Position numbers and translations under genes: made by a program
The notes under the pieces: generated by a model
Databases searched by the model: none
What the model was told of the DNA's origin: nothing
The model's input: only the letters and a program-made list of their open reading frames with translations
Assembly (NCBI GenBank): GCA_046758745.1
Contig: JBHIAV010000028.1
Coordinates: 1 to 39,300, forward strand
DNA length: 39,300 nt
Reading direction: 5' to 3'
Origin: Gemmatimonadota bacterium
GTDB taxonomy: Bacteria; Gemmatimonadota; Gemmatimonadetes; Palauibacterales; Palauibacteraceae
Shown: positions 19,153-28,088 of the stretch, in pieces
Numbering within the stretch: the stretch's first letter is position 1
Layout: every line of letters begins with the position of its first letter

Positions 19153-20258
19153 CGCGGGGGGCCTCCGGCCGTGGCGGGCTCGGCCGCCTCGGAGACGCCT
19201 TTCCCCTGGGTCCCGCCGAGCTTCGCCCCGCACGCCCCGCAGAAGCCGAAGCGGGCGGGGATCCCCTCGGCTCCGCACCGGGCGCACTCCCGCTCCGGTG
19301 GCCCCCACAGGAACTCGCTGGACTTCCGCTCCGCCGCCAGCCGGCGGAGCTCCATGTAGCGGGGGTCCCGCTTCTCCACGAAGGCCCGCATGCCCTCCCA
19401 CGGCTCGTAGCTCGCGTAGTGGAGGGCCAGCCACTCGGAGGCGTGGCCGATGGTTTGGTGCCAGGCCAGCTCCTTCCAGAAGTTGACCTGCTGCTTGGTG
19501 TAGCGGGTGCACTCGGGAAACTGCTGGAGCAACTTCTCGACGAGCTCCCGCACCGCCTCGTCGAGACGCTCCAGGCTGATGGCGTATCCGTCCTCGCCCT
19601 CGAGGGCCATTCGGATCTGATCCGGAGTCGCCTCCTCGACGAACTCGCCGCTTCGCACCACGGACGGCACCACCCGGTTGACCAGCCCCCACTCAAGCGC
19701 CTGGTGAGCGGGGATTCTCCCGTTGAACATCAGCATCTCTCTCGCGCGGCGATCGCCGATGAGGAGCGGAAGCCACTGCGTGGCCCCGCCCGCCGCTACG
19801 CTCCCCACACGCGTTCCGACCTGGCCGATCCAGGCATGCTCGGCCATCACCGCCAGGTCACACGCCATCTGCGACTCGTTGCCTCCTCCGACGGCCATCC
19901 CGTTGAGCCGCGCGATGACGGGCTTCCCGCTGTGCACGACGCTCTCGATGTAGGCCCGGAAGAGCCGCATGTACTTCCAATAGTCGCGAGGCCTGGACGT
20001 GTACGCGTCTGCGTACTCCTTTACGTCCCCGCCCGTACAGAAGGCGCGATGACCGACTCCTGTGAGCACGATGACCGCGACGGCATCATCGAACGCGGCG
20101 TCGCGAAAGGCGGTGGCCAGCTCTTCGAGCGCCGAGGTGGAGTAGGCGTTGTAGCGGTGCGGCCGGTTGATGGTGATGGTGGCCACCCAATCGGCCTTGG
20201 CGTAGAGGATCTCGCCGAACCCGAACGCCTCAGCGGGCGTGGAATCGAACTGTGTCAC
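19149..20258 (-). CDS. oah: 6-oxocyclohex-1-ene-1-carbonyl-CoA hydrolase (ring-opening)
   Basis: YNAYST, AFCTGGDVKEYA.Y...PRDYWKYMRLF, NGMAVGGGNE, GSVAAGGAT, FPECTRYTK; C-terminal CARC...FCGAC zinc ribbon. Confidence 0.85.
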   Translation of the reverse strand: MTQFDSTPAEAFGFGEILYAKADWVATITINRPHRYNAYSTSALEELATAFRDAAFDDAVAVIVLTGVGHRAFCTGGDVKEYADAYTSRPRDYWKYMRLFRAYIESVVHSGKPVIARLNGMAVGGGNESQMACDLAVMAEHAWIGQVGTRVGSVAAGGATQWLPLLIGDRRAREMLMFNGRIPAHQALEWGLVNRVVPSVVRSGEFVEEATPDQIRMALEGEDGYAISLERLDEAVRELVEKLLQQFPECTRYTKQQVNFWKELAWHQTIGHASEWLALHYASYEPWEGMRAFVEKRDPRYMELRRLAAERKSSEFLWGPPERECARCGAEGIPARFGFCGACGAKLGGTQGKGVSEAAEPATAGGPPR

Positions 20259-20282
20259 GGCCGTCCTCTCCTGTCTTCCGGT

Positions 20283-21173
20283 TCATCCGCCGATCGCCGC
20301 CCCGGCCCGGCTCCTTCCCGCTGCGGGTAGCGTTCTCAGTTCCTGTGGCGTGTGCTCCAGCGCCTCGTCCACGTAGCGGTCCGCCAGCGGCATGAGGAGG
20401 TCGTGGAATGCGGTGAACAGGCCGGCCGCGCAATCGCCCGCCCACTCCCTTGGAAGCAGCGATCGAGGAAGGTAGGGATCGATGAGCGGGAACTCCCGAT
20501 ACTCGTGAACCAGCGCGAACCGGCGAACGAAACACTCCTCGGGCGAGAGCCTGCCCCCCTCCAACTTCGACCGAGAGGCCTCGTACTCCGGCCAGTAGCG
20601 GTCGATGAACGCTTCGTAGCGGGCGTTGATGGCCGGCAAGTCCCAGCAGTGGGCGACCAGCCGCTGCACGTCAGAGAATCCAGTGTGCTCGGCCCGAAAG
20701 AGCTCGAGGTTGTCCCGGATCCGGAGCGAATCGGCGATCTCTTCGAGGGGAACGCGCACGTCGTGCGGACAGATCCACAGTCCGTTTCCGAGTGAACCGC
20801 AGCCGAGCCACGAAAGGCGGACCCTCAGTCCGTCCCGAATGGAGCGGCGATTCTCGGGGATCGAATAGGCGATCAGGTACCATCTCCCGTCCCATGGCTT
20901 GTCGCGCGGCGGGTGGTAGATGCGGCTCTCACCTGCCTCGAGGAGCCGGCGGCCCCGTGGCGTCAGATCGTAGAAGCTGTGGCGCCCTCTTCGCGCAGCC
21001 GCCAGCCACCCCTTCCCCACCATGCGGGAGAGCACCGTGCGCGCCGCTCCCTCCGAGAGACGCAGGGTGCGGAGCAGGGTGATCAGGCTTCCCACCCACA
21101 CGGGGCCCGGCCGGTGAAGGAGGAAGTCACCGAACAGGGTGAAGACCAAGTCCTGGGGACGTCGTGCCGCCAT
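20283..21173 (-). CDS. paaX: PaaX-family transcriptional regulator
   Basis: LVFTLFGD..., ARTVLSRMVGKGWL, Y.LT..G, WDGRWYL, LSWLGCGSLGNGLWICP, CWDL, DPYLPRSLLPREWAG. Confidence 0.9.
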   Translation of the reverse strand: MAARRPQDLVFTLFGDFLLHRPGPVWVGSLITLLRTLRLSEGAARTVLSRMVGKGWLAAARRGRHSFYDLTPRGRRLLEAGESRIYHPPRDKPWDGRWYLIAYSIPENRRSIRDGLRVRLSWLGCGSLGNGLWICPHDVRVPLEEIADSLRIRDNLELFRAEHTGFSDVQRLVAHCWDLPAINARYEAFIDRYWPEYEASRSKLEGGRLSPEECFVRRFALVHEYREFPLIDPYLPRSLLPREWAGDCAAGLFTAFHDLLMPLADRYVDEALEHTPQELRTLPAAGRSRAGAAIGG

Positions 21174-21192
21174 TTATCGGGGCGCTCCTAAT

Positions 21193-21228
21193 ATTACACT
21201 ATTTCTACGATCGTAACAATAATGTAAT
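21193..21228. promoter_or_regulatory. 36-bp imperfect palindrome, candidate operator/promoter of the paaX-bcr operon
   Basis: ATTACActATTtcTACGATCGTAacAATAaTGTAAT; 30 of 36 positions are self-complementary; AT-rich island about 20 nt upstream of the paaX ATG. Confidence 0.65.
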
Positions 21229-21389
21229 GTGGCTGGCCTGTCAACGGTTCCGGAGCGGAGCGGGGCCGCCGGGGGGACGAGATTGCCTCCAGGTCGGGGA
21301 AGCTCCGAAGAGGGGGGTGGGTGGAATGATGCGGGTGCGCCCGAGCGCCGGCCTGGCCGCGACCGGCTCACGGCGTAGCGGTCGGCCGC

Positions 21390-22445
21390 CTATCGGCCCT
21401 TCCCCGTCCCGTCCTCGGACTCTGCCGGGTGTGACTCGGGCATATCCAGACTGCGGAGGACCAACCGGTAGTCCTCCGAATAGATCGGATCCTCGGGGTC
21501 CGCCGCGGGCCATACGTCGTCGTCGTCCGGAAGGAATCCTCCCGCCACGGAACCCATCCCCCCCTCCGGAATGACCCGATCGGTCGGGTTGAAGTATGTG
21601 ACCGATACCCTGTACACGTGGCTCGGGAAGATCGGCAGGCCGATTCCGTGCCCGCGGTACATGCTTGCCGGGACCTTCTCGATGTGGCCGTCCTTCCCGA
21701 CGACGGGCTCGACTCGATAGAGCACCCTGCCAGCCGTGACGTCCTCGAGGCGGAGCTCCGTGGCGTACCTGTGCAGGTGTCCTCCGATCCCCACGATCGC
21801 GCCGCGGATGGCCGGACTGCCCTCCCACGCCATCACCGTGCGCCCGGGGGGAAGGTCGAAGGCCTTGCTTCCCACCGGAAACATCACGTCCATGTGAAAC
21901 GAATACATCCGGTAGACCGGGAGCACGCGGCTGCGAGCGTAGTCGATGATGAGCCGCACCGTCACACCGTCGTACGAGCGATTGGTCGGGTTGTGCAGCA
22001 TGGCAAGAAAGAGAAACGGCGTACCTCCTTCGAGCGGGATGCCGGCCAACCACTCCGGCCAGCTCTGTGGCCCCGTTTCGTGGCTGGCGGCCAGCACCCG
22101 ACGCATGATCGGGAGGAACAGCTCGCGGTGGGAGGGATCGATGAGGTTCGTGTGGTGAAGAATGACTTGCGGGACGGGACGACCCTCCCGGTCCACCACC
22201 TCGACCCGGAAGCCGTCGATCGTCAGGTCGAACGGGACGATCCCCCTCTGGATCGGGATCTGTCGGAGCTCATGGTGCGGCGTGTGCGCCGGGAGGTCGA
22301 TCGGACCCAGGACGAGCACCAGCTCCTCGCGAGCGGGATGGTGCTCGATCGCAAGGTACTCGCCCGTTGGCTCCTGGCCCGCGACCCGCCGGCTGACCGT
22401 GAGGATCCCCAGCAGCCAACAGAAGACGAGGGCGCATCGGCCCAT
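21390..22445 (-). CDS. Exported protein with PHM/DbM-like copper monooxygenase ligand pattern
   Basis: Signal peptide from ATG 22445 (alternative start 22505); ILHHTNL, AMLHNP, GGHLH and GGMG in the HH..H..HxH..M order. Confidence 0.6.
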   Translation of the reverse strand: MGRCALVFCWLLGILTVSRRVAGQEPTGEYLAIEHHPAREELVLVLGPIDLPAHTPHHELRQIPIQRGIVPFDLTIDGFRVEVVDREGRPVPQVILHHTNLIDPSHRELFLPIMRRVLAASHETGPQSWPEWLAGIPLEGGTPFLFLAMLHNPTNRSYDGVTVRLIIDYARSRVLPVYRMYSFHMDVMFPVGSKAFDLPPGRTVMAWEGSPAIRGAIVGIGGHLHRYATELRLEDVTAGRVLYRVEPVVGKDGHIEKVPASMYRGHGIGLPIFPSHVYRVSVTYFNPTDRVIPEGGMGSVAGGFLPDDDDVWPAADPEDPIYSEDYRLVLRSLDMPESHPAESEDGTGKGR

Positions 22446-22933
22446 GCTGAGGCGCGGCGCTGTCGAAGGCAAAACTCCTCCCTGGGATCGCTCAGCTCGG
22501 GCCACTGCGGGGGCGCGTACCGGGCGTCCGGCGTCCGACGCGCGGGTTGCAACGACCGGGCAAGCCTTGGGGGGCGGGCCAAACTACGGCATTCTGCCTC
22601 CAGGAGACACTGCCCCATACCAGCCGGAGCTCCAACCGTAGGTCCGCGGAGCCCGCCCGTCACGTCGGGAGAATCTTGTCGCTCCATGTGGGGAACCCTC
22701 CAGCCCGCCGTCGGCCGCCGGCTCGAGTAGAGAGCCGGACGGAACGGCCGCACCGCGGTTACCGATGTCGAGGCTCGCCTCGGATTTCCCGGCCGCGACC
22801 CGAGACTCTCGGTCCGTTCAGCGTATGGATAACGCGCCCGGACTCGGGGAAGTGCCCGGCGCTCTGAGTCGACGATCCGGGTGGAGATCGAACCCGCGAT
22901 CGGGCGGAGCTACTGTGGGGGCCGGCTCTCCAT

Positions 22934-23842
22934 CTACGGCCCGGCGGTCTCTCGCACGGCGCTTGAGAGGGTCACCTGGTTTCCTCCGTGAGCCTTCGCG
23001 GAGTACAGTGCGCGATCCGCGGCGCCGACCAGGTCCTCGAGGTTCGACATCTTGCGGCGGTATACCGCCACGCCGGCACTGATCGTGATCCTGTCTCCGC
23101 CCGGCATCTGCTGCCGCTCGACGGCCCGCCGAACCCGCTCGGCGAACATCCGGCCTCCGTATTCCGTCTCTCCGGGAAGAATCGCCAGGAACTCTTCACC
23201 ACCGAAGCGCCCGCTGAACTCTGCCAGCCGTGTATTCTCATCTACGACCTCCGCAATGAGACGGAGCGCCTCGTCACCCGCTTGATGGCCATGCTGATCG
23301 TTGTACTCCTTGAATCCGTCGAGGTCGAACAGAACCACGGAGAGGTGCTGCCCGCGACGCGCCCCTGCGAACATGCGGGGCAGCACGAAATCCAGGACGC
23401 GCCGATTCGGCAGACCGGTCAGCGGGTCGGAGTACGCGAGGTGCAAGGCAGCGAGCTGCTTGCGGTACAGCGATTCGGAAACCAGTCCGGCGCCCAAACT
23501 CACGGAGACGAACCCTATCGCGAGCACCCCGGTGATGCGCCAGTCCACGGCCTTGCCGGTTGCGAGATCGGGCGCCACCTGCAGCAGGATCAGCAGCGCC
23601 ATTCCGCCGGCCAGGCCGATCGCCGCTCCCTGCCATCCCTTGTGGTAGGCCAGGAGGAATGGTGGAACCAGGGCGAGCAGCCACGGGAGCGACGAGAGCT
23701 CGGTCAGCGAGTCGGGCCACCAGGAGCTGCCGAGGGCAGCCACCAGGAGGGAGAGCAGACTGAGGAGCAACGCTTCCCGGGGGACTTCGTTGTCGCATCC
23801 CGGAAGCTGCAGACCTTCGGCCAGGACGTAAGAACCTGGCAT
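22934..23842 (-). CDS. Membrane-bound diguanylate cyclase (GGDEF)
   Basis: Several TM segments; DPLTGLPNRR, FDLDGFKEYNDQHGHQAGD, RFGGEEF, ADRALYSAK; ATG 23842 follows GGGAGGG. Confidence 0.9.
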   Translation of the reverse strand: MPGSYVLAEGLQLPGCDNEVPREALLLSLLSLLVAALGSSWWPDSLTELSSLPWLLALVPPFLLAYHKGWQGAAIGLAGGMALLILLQVAPDLATGKAVDWRITGVLAIGFVSVSLGAGLVSESLYRKQLAALHLAYSDPLTGLPNRRVLDFVLPRMFAGARRGQHLSVVLFDLDGFKEYNDQHGHQAGDEALRLIAEVVDENTRLAEFSGRFGGEEFLAILPGETEYGGRMFAERVRRAVERQQMPGGDRITISAGVAVYRRKMSNLEDLVGAADRALYSAKAHGGNQVTLSSAVRETAGP

Positions 23843-23948
23843 GCTTGGTTGCCCTCCCCAAAAACGTGCTCTCGGCCACAGCTCATGGGCCAATGCGAGC
23901 CGAAGTCATTCCCTCGAGCAAGATGGGTGCCGCTCGTGCCGGCGAACC

Positions 23949-24395
23949 CTACGCTTGTTCCCCCTTCTCTTTGCTCAGACTCCTTATGTATCTGAGGACG
24001 GCGCGAAGCTCCTCCGGGCTCAGCAACTTCTCGAAGCTCGGCATGAAGCCTTTGCCACCGGACACCGCCTTCAGCATATCGTCCAGGGAGAGATCGCCCA
24101 TACGCTCCGGATCCGTGAAGTCGGCCGGCGGTGGCCGAAGCCCCGCGGCAGCGGGACCGTCGCCCCGCCCCTCATCGCCGTGGCAGACGGCGCAGTTCCG
24201 CTGGAAGAGGCCCTCGCCGTCCGGTCCGGACCCGAGGTCGGATGTGGCGGCCACGGCCTGCGAGCTGCCGGCTTCCTTCGGCACGAACGCCTGCGCTGCC
24301 AGACGCTCGGCGCTCAGCGGGAGCGCAGCGAGCGAGAGGACGATCAGGCCGACCCACTTCGTTCCCCGCTCCCGCGCTCCACTTTTCGTGGCCAT
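23949..24395 (-). CDS. Periplasmic monoheme class I cytochrome c
   Basis: Signal peptide; CAVCH; GRGDGPAAAGLRPPPADFT; distal Met in FMPSF; AGGAGG RBS. Confidence 0.92.
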   Translation of the reverse strand: MATKSGARERGTKWVGLIVLSLAALPLSAERLAAQAFVPKEAGSSQAVAATSDLGSGPDGEGLFQRNCAVCHGDEGRGDGPAAAGLRPPPADFTDPERMGDLSLDDMLKAVSGGKGFMPSFEKLLSPEELRAVLRYIRSLSKEKGEQA

Positions 24396-24485
24396 GCACC
24401 TCCTGCCCTTCTATCCGTTTCGGCTCGTCGCGCCGGAACGGCCCCCGTGTCCCGGTGAGCCGGCCGGCACGGCGAGCTTCTTTCT

Positions 24486-26675
24486 TCAGTTCACCGTGTT
24501 CGGCGCCGTAGAGGAGCCTGCGGTGCCTCCAACCCGTGCTTCTCCCGTCAACTCGGGCGGGAAGAGGAGACTGGCGGAGCTCCCCTCCCCCATGCGGTAC
24601 CCCTGCCGCACCTCGGCGAACCGGTCCGGCCGGTGGTCCGTGCCCTCGATCCGATAGAAGGCGAGGTTCTCCGGCCCTCCCAGGTTGACCACGACTCTCG
24701 CGGCCGGCAGCGGCGCGATGCCGTATTTCCCGTGGCCGTACTTGATGAACGGGATGCCGTCACCATCCTCGTCGGGGCTCTCCACGCCGTAGCTCAGCTC
24801 GCCCGTGTCATCATCCTCGCTCATCTGGAAGCCGCTGTTGTCCAACGTCTGAATGAACCATCGGGTGTACCGGCGGCCCATCGGCTCCGCCAGCTCGGGC
24901 GGCGTCACGAGGATCAACTCGCGCATGGCACCCATGGCAGCCGCCACATCCAGTGGCGTGAGGACCGCCGTATCGTCGCCCAGTCGGCTCCGATACAGGC
25001 CGCTCTTCTCATCCCAGAAGCCCTCCTGCAGATAGTTCCAGGTTCGTCGCGCCGCCTCGAGGTAGCGCTCATCATCCGTCGCGTGATAGGCGGCCAAGAG
25101 GGCCCGCAGGCCGAACCACTGAGGCGTGCCGACGTCGGCGTCACCCAGCGCCCGACCGGTGGGCACATCGTAGGCGGGGTGGAACGCTCCGCTCTCCGCC
25201 TGGGCCCGCAACAGGAACTCCGCCGTCCCCACCAGGAGCCGATGGGCCCGCTCGGCCACTTCCGGCTCGAGCCGGCTGGCCTTTCGCTGATCCTCAAAGT
25301 CCTTCAAGGCCACGATGGCCAGGGCCGCATCTCGCACTCTGAGGGTGGCTCCCGTGCCTTCGTCGGGTGTCCAGGTGGAGACCAGCGTTCCGTCTCGTGC
25401 ATGCATGGCGGCCAGGTTGGCTACCAGCACGTTGGAAAGCCCCCGCGCCACGTTCACTGTTCGTCGCTCGATGATACCGCCATCCACCGGTGGATTGTCG
25501 GTGAAGGCTCTCCCATCGTAGCGTGCGGCGAGCGACTCGTACTCGGTGGTGGCCCACAGCCAGGAGGCCTGGTCCCACAGCTGGCTGGATCTGTCGGAGA
25601 TGCGGTCCAGAGCCCACACCCGCTCCGGCAGGTCGCCGATGTACACCACGCTCGGCGAGATCCGGTGCGGGATGTAGCGGAGCTCCCGTTCGGGATCGTA
25701 GCTGAACGGATCGAGTCCGCCGAGCGACTCGCCGCTCCCGTCGGCGAACATGGCCGCCTTCACCTCGAGCAGCGTGTTGAAGCCCGCCAGCGTCAACATC
25801 GTCCCCCGGAACCCCTCTTCCGCATTGTTGCCGAGCAGCGTCACCTTCACCGACGGATCGGAGGGTGACGGCCCCTCGTGATCGGAGCCGAAGAAGTAAT
25901 CGACCCAGAGGAGCTGCTTCTTGACCGTCTGGGCGATCCCCCCCATGTCGAACCTCACCTCCATGTCATCGTGGTCCCAACGAGTGGATCGCCAGTCGAG
26001 GAAATATCGCGGAACTCCCCAACCGCCTTTCTTGTCGCTTTGTGGGTCGTCGAAGTTGTCCTCCACCACGATCGGCCCGGAGAAATGCGGGTCCCCGGAG
26101 GCGTATTGGAGGTAGGTGGGCGAGGCATCGTCGAAGACGCGCGGCCACCCGGTTCGCTTGTAGTACATCGGCAGGTAGAAGCCGAGCAGTACATCCTTGT
26201 TCGCCCACACCCGCTCCCCCCGGTCCCTCTGGAGGCGATTCTTTCGGGAGAGCTCGTTGGCCTTGAGGGTCCAATAGGGTCCGTGGATCATGCTGATCCC
26301 GAGGTGAGACTGCGCGAACACGAAGGACAGGATGTAACGGGAGTACCAGTACGCCTCCCGATTGGTGACCCAGCTGAAGGCGGGATCGCGGGGAACCGGC
26401 AGTCGTGCCTGGATCCATCTCTGAAAGAACGGGATCCCGGACAGATACTCTTCGTTGGCCAGGTACATCCCCTCGTTCGTGTGCCAGCGGCGGTCGACGA
26501 CCTTGCTCTCGAGAGATGATCGGTACGCGGACAGGTCGGGCTGCGGAGCGCTCCCCGCGAGCTCCACCTCCCGCCCGTCGGGTGCGTGAAGAATCGATTG
26601 GGCGGAAGCGCTCGCAGCGCCGAAGATCAGCAGGCTCCCCATCAGAGGGAGTGCCCTCGTTGTCAGGCTTCGCAT
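24486..26675 (-). CDS. Exported 729-aa hypothetical protein with probable C-terminal alpha/alpha (six-hairpin-like) barrel
   Basis: Signal peptide ASA|Q; AAGGAGG RBS; helical repeats AEFLLRAQAESGAF and LLAAYHATDDERYLEAARRTWNYLQEGFWDEKSGLY. Confidence 0.8.
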   Translation of the reverse strand: MRSLTTRALPLMGSLLIFGAASASAQSILHAPDGREVELAGSAPQPDLSAYRSSLESKVVDRRWHTNEGMYLANEEYLSGIPFFQRWIQARLPVPRDPAFSWVTNREAYWYSRYILSFVFAQSHLGISMIHGPYWTLKANELSRKNRLQRDRGERVWANKDVLLGFYLPMYYKRTGWPRVFDDASPTYLQYASGDPHFSGPIVVEDNFDDPQSDKKGGWGVPRYFLDWRSTRWDHDDMEVRFDMGGIAQTVKKQLLWVDYFFGSDHEGPSPSDPSVKVTLLGNNAEEGFRGTMLTLAGFNTLLEVKAAMFADGSGESLGGLDPFSYDPERELRYIPHRISPSVVYIGDLPERVWALDRISDRSSQLWDQASWLWATTEYESLAARYDGRAFTDNPPVDGGIIERRTVNVARGLSNVLVANLAAMHARDGTLVSTWTPDEGTGATLRVRDAALAIVALKDFEDQRKASRLEPEVAERAHRLLVGTAEFLLRAQAESGAFHPAYDVPTGRALGDADVGTPQWFGLRALLAAYHATDDERYLEAARRTWNYLQEGFWDEKSGLYRSRLGDDTAVLTPLDVAAAMGAMRELILVTPPELAEPMGRRYTRWFIQTLDNSGFQMSEDDDTGELSYGVESPDEDGDGIPFIKYGHGKYGIAPLPAARVVVNLGGPENLAFYRIEGTDHRPDRFAEVRQGYRMGEGSSASLLFPPELTGEARVGGTAGSSTAPNTVN

Positions 26676-26699
26676 GAGAGTCCTCCTTCCGAAACGGGC

Positions 26700-28088
26700 T
26701 CAGTAGGTCACGGAGGCGCCGAGGCGCAGCACGAAGCCGGGCGCGGGGCCCAAGCTCGGGCTGGCGATTCGAAAGAGTCCGCTCGCTGTGAACCGGATCT
26801 GGGGATCCGGGCTGTAGACGAGGCTCGGGCTCAGATAGGCCGAGGTGCCCTCGCGGAAAGAGGGCCGATCGACCAACGCGAACTCGAAGAAGCGCTGGCC
26901 TGTGGACTCATCCGTGACGATCTCCGGTTCGGGCATCTTCCCGGCATAATGGTCCGCCTGGTTGTGGAATCCGACCAGAGTCATGTCCAGGGCCAGGAAG
27001 TCCTTGTACACCGGCTTCACGAAGCTGGCGAAAAAGGTCGTGACGTCTCCCGGGTCGATCCCATCGGCCTCCTGGTTGAAGCGGTGGAGAAGCCCCATGT
27101 GGAGGGCGCTCCGACCGGGAATACGACCAAATGAGGCGAAGTCGCCCGGCTCGAACTGGCGCGTGAGAAAGCCGCCGAGCAGGTAGCTCACGCTGCCGGT
27201 GCCGGGCTGAAGAACCGCCGGAAAGCGCCCATCGGCCGAGAAGCGGCCGAACACGCCGCCGTTGAAGGGAAACGGGGTGAGAATCGTCGGGGCGTTCTCC
27301 AGCACCTCCGCCGGGACCCTGAAGCCGCCGTCGAAGAAGTTCTCGGGTCCGCCCATCTGCGCGATGACCTGGTCGAAAGAGACCTGCACCCCGTCCCCAT
27401 CCGGATCGGGACGCCGCGCCTGGATGTAGCCGTGATTCCCGAACCTCGCCTCGTTCGTCCCCGTGGGTAGAAAGACGGCGCCCGCGACGGCGAGCCCGAC
27501 GGGAAAGTTCCCCTGGTCGGTCACACGCTTCTTGAGGAAGATCCCGATATCGCCGATCTCCCGGACGCTCCCCGAGCTCAGGAGGTCGATGAAGGCGACG
27601 CCGTTCGGATGGATGAACCCATCCGTCCGGGACTCGCGGTACGGAATGTTGATCCTCAGAGTGAAGGCGTGGAGGTTCTTCCTGTTGAGGTCGAAGCCGT
27701 AGAAGAGATCCAGATCCACGAACGTCCGGCCCACGGAGAAGTTGTCGAACACTGCCAGATTCGGCTCTCCAGCCCGGAAGAAGTCGCTTCCGTCGATCCC
27801 CGCGAAGCGGGCCGAGAGACTGACCCTGAACGCGTGCGGGGGGAGGACGAATGCGTGCCCGACGAAGGCGGGCTGGAGGAGAGGCGGTATGAAGTGCTGA
27901 ATCTGGTTCTTGATCTGGTTTCGATCGAACCGCATGAAATCCTCTCCCCCGATTCCTGCCGCCGTACCGAGCGTGGTGAATTCGTCCCTCGGCGCGGGGG
28001 GGCGCTCCTGGGCCCGAGCCGCACCGGCTCCGAGGAGTCCGAACAGAACAAGAACCGGCAGGGAGAAGAAGAAACTTTCCTTCCTCAT
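26700..28088 (-). CDS. Probable outer-membrane beta-barrel channel (possibly phenol_MetA_deg/transporter-like)
   Basis: Signal peptide ARA|Q; IGDIGIFLK, VFLPTG, LQPGTGS, YLSPSLVY; alternating strands; C-terminal LRLGASVTY beta-signal. Confidence 0.7.
   Translation of the reverse strand: MRKESFFFSLPVLVLFGLLGAGAARAQERPPAPRDEFTTLGTAAGIGGEDFMRFDRNQIKNQIQHFIPPLLQPAFVGHAFVLPPHAFRVSLSARFAGIDGSDFFRAGEPNLAVFDNFSVGRTFVDLDLFYGFDLNRKNLHAFTLRINIPYRESRTDGFIHPNGVAFIDLLSSGSVREIGDIGIFLKKRVTDQGNFPVGLAVAGAVFLPTGTNEARFGNHGYIQARRPDPDGDGVQVSFDQVIAQMGGPENFFDGGFRVPAEVLENAPTILTPFPFNGGVFGRFSADGRFPAVLQPGTGSVSYLLGGFLTRQFEPGDFASFGRIPGRSALHMGLLHRFNQEADGIDPGDVTTFFASFVKPVYKDFLALDMTLVGFHNQADHYAGKMPEPEIVTDESTGQRFFEFALVDRPSFREGTSAYLSPSLVYSPDPQIRFTASGLFRIASPSLGPAPGFVLRLGASVTY

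Noticed and set aside
22600-22690. c-di-GMP-I riboswitch upstream of the PHM-like gene (minus strand GGACCTACGG...TATGG)
   Set aside because: Only partial resemblance; no GCAAA elements or properly closed GNRA stem. An Infernal/Rfam search would be needed.
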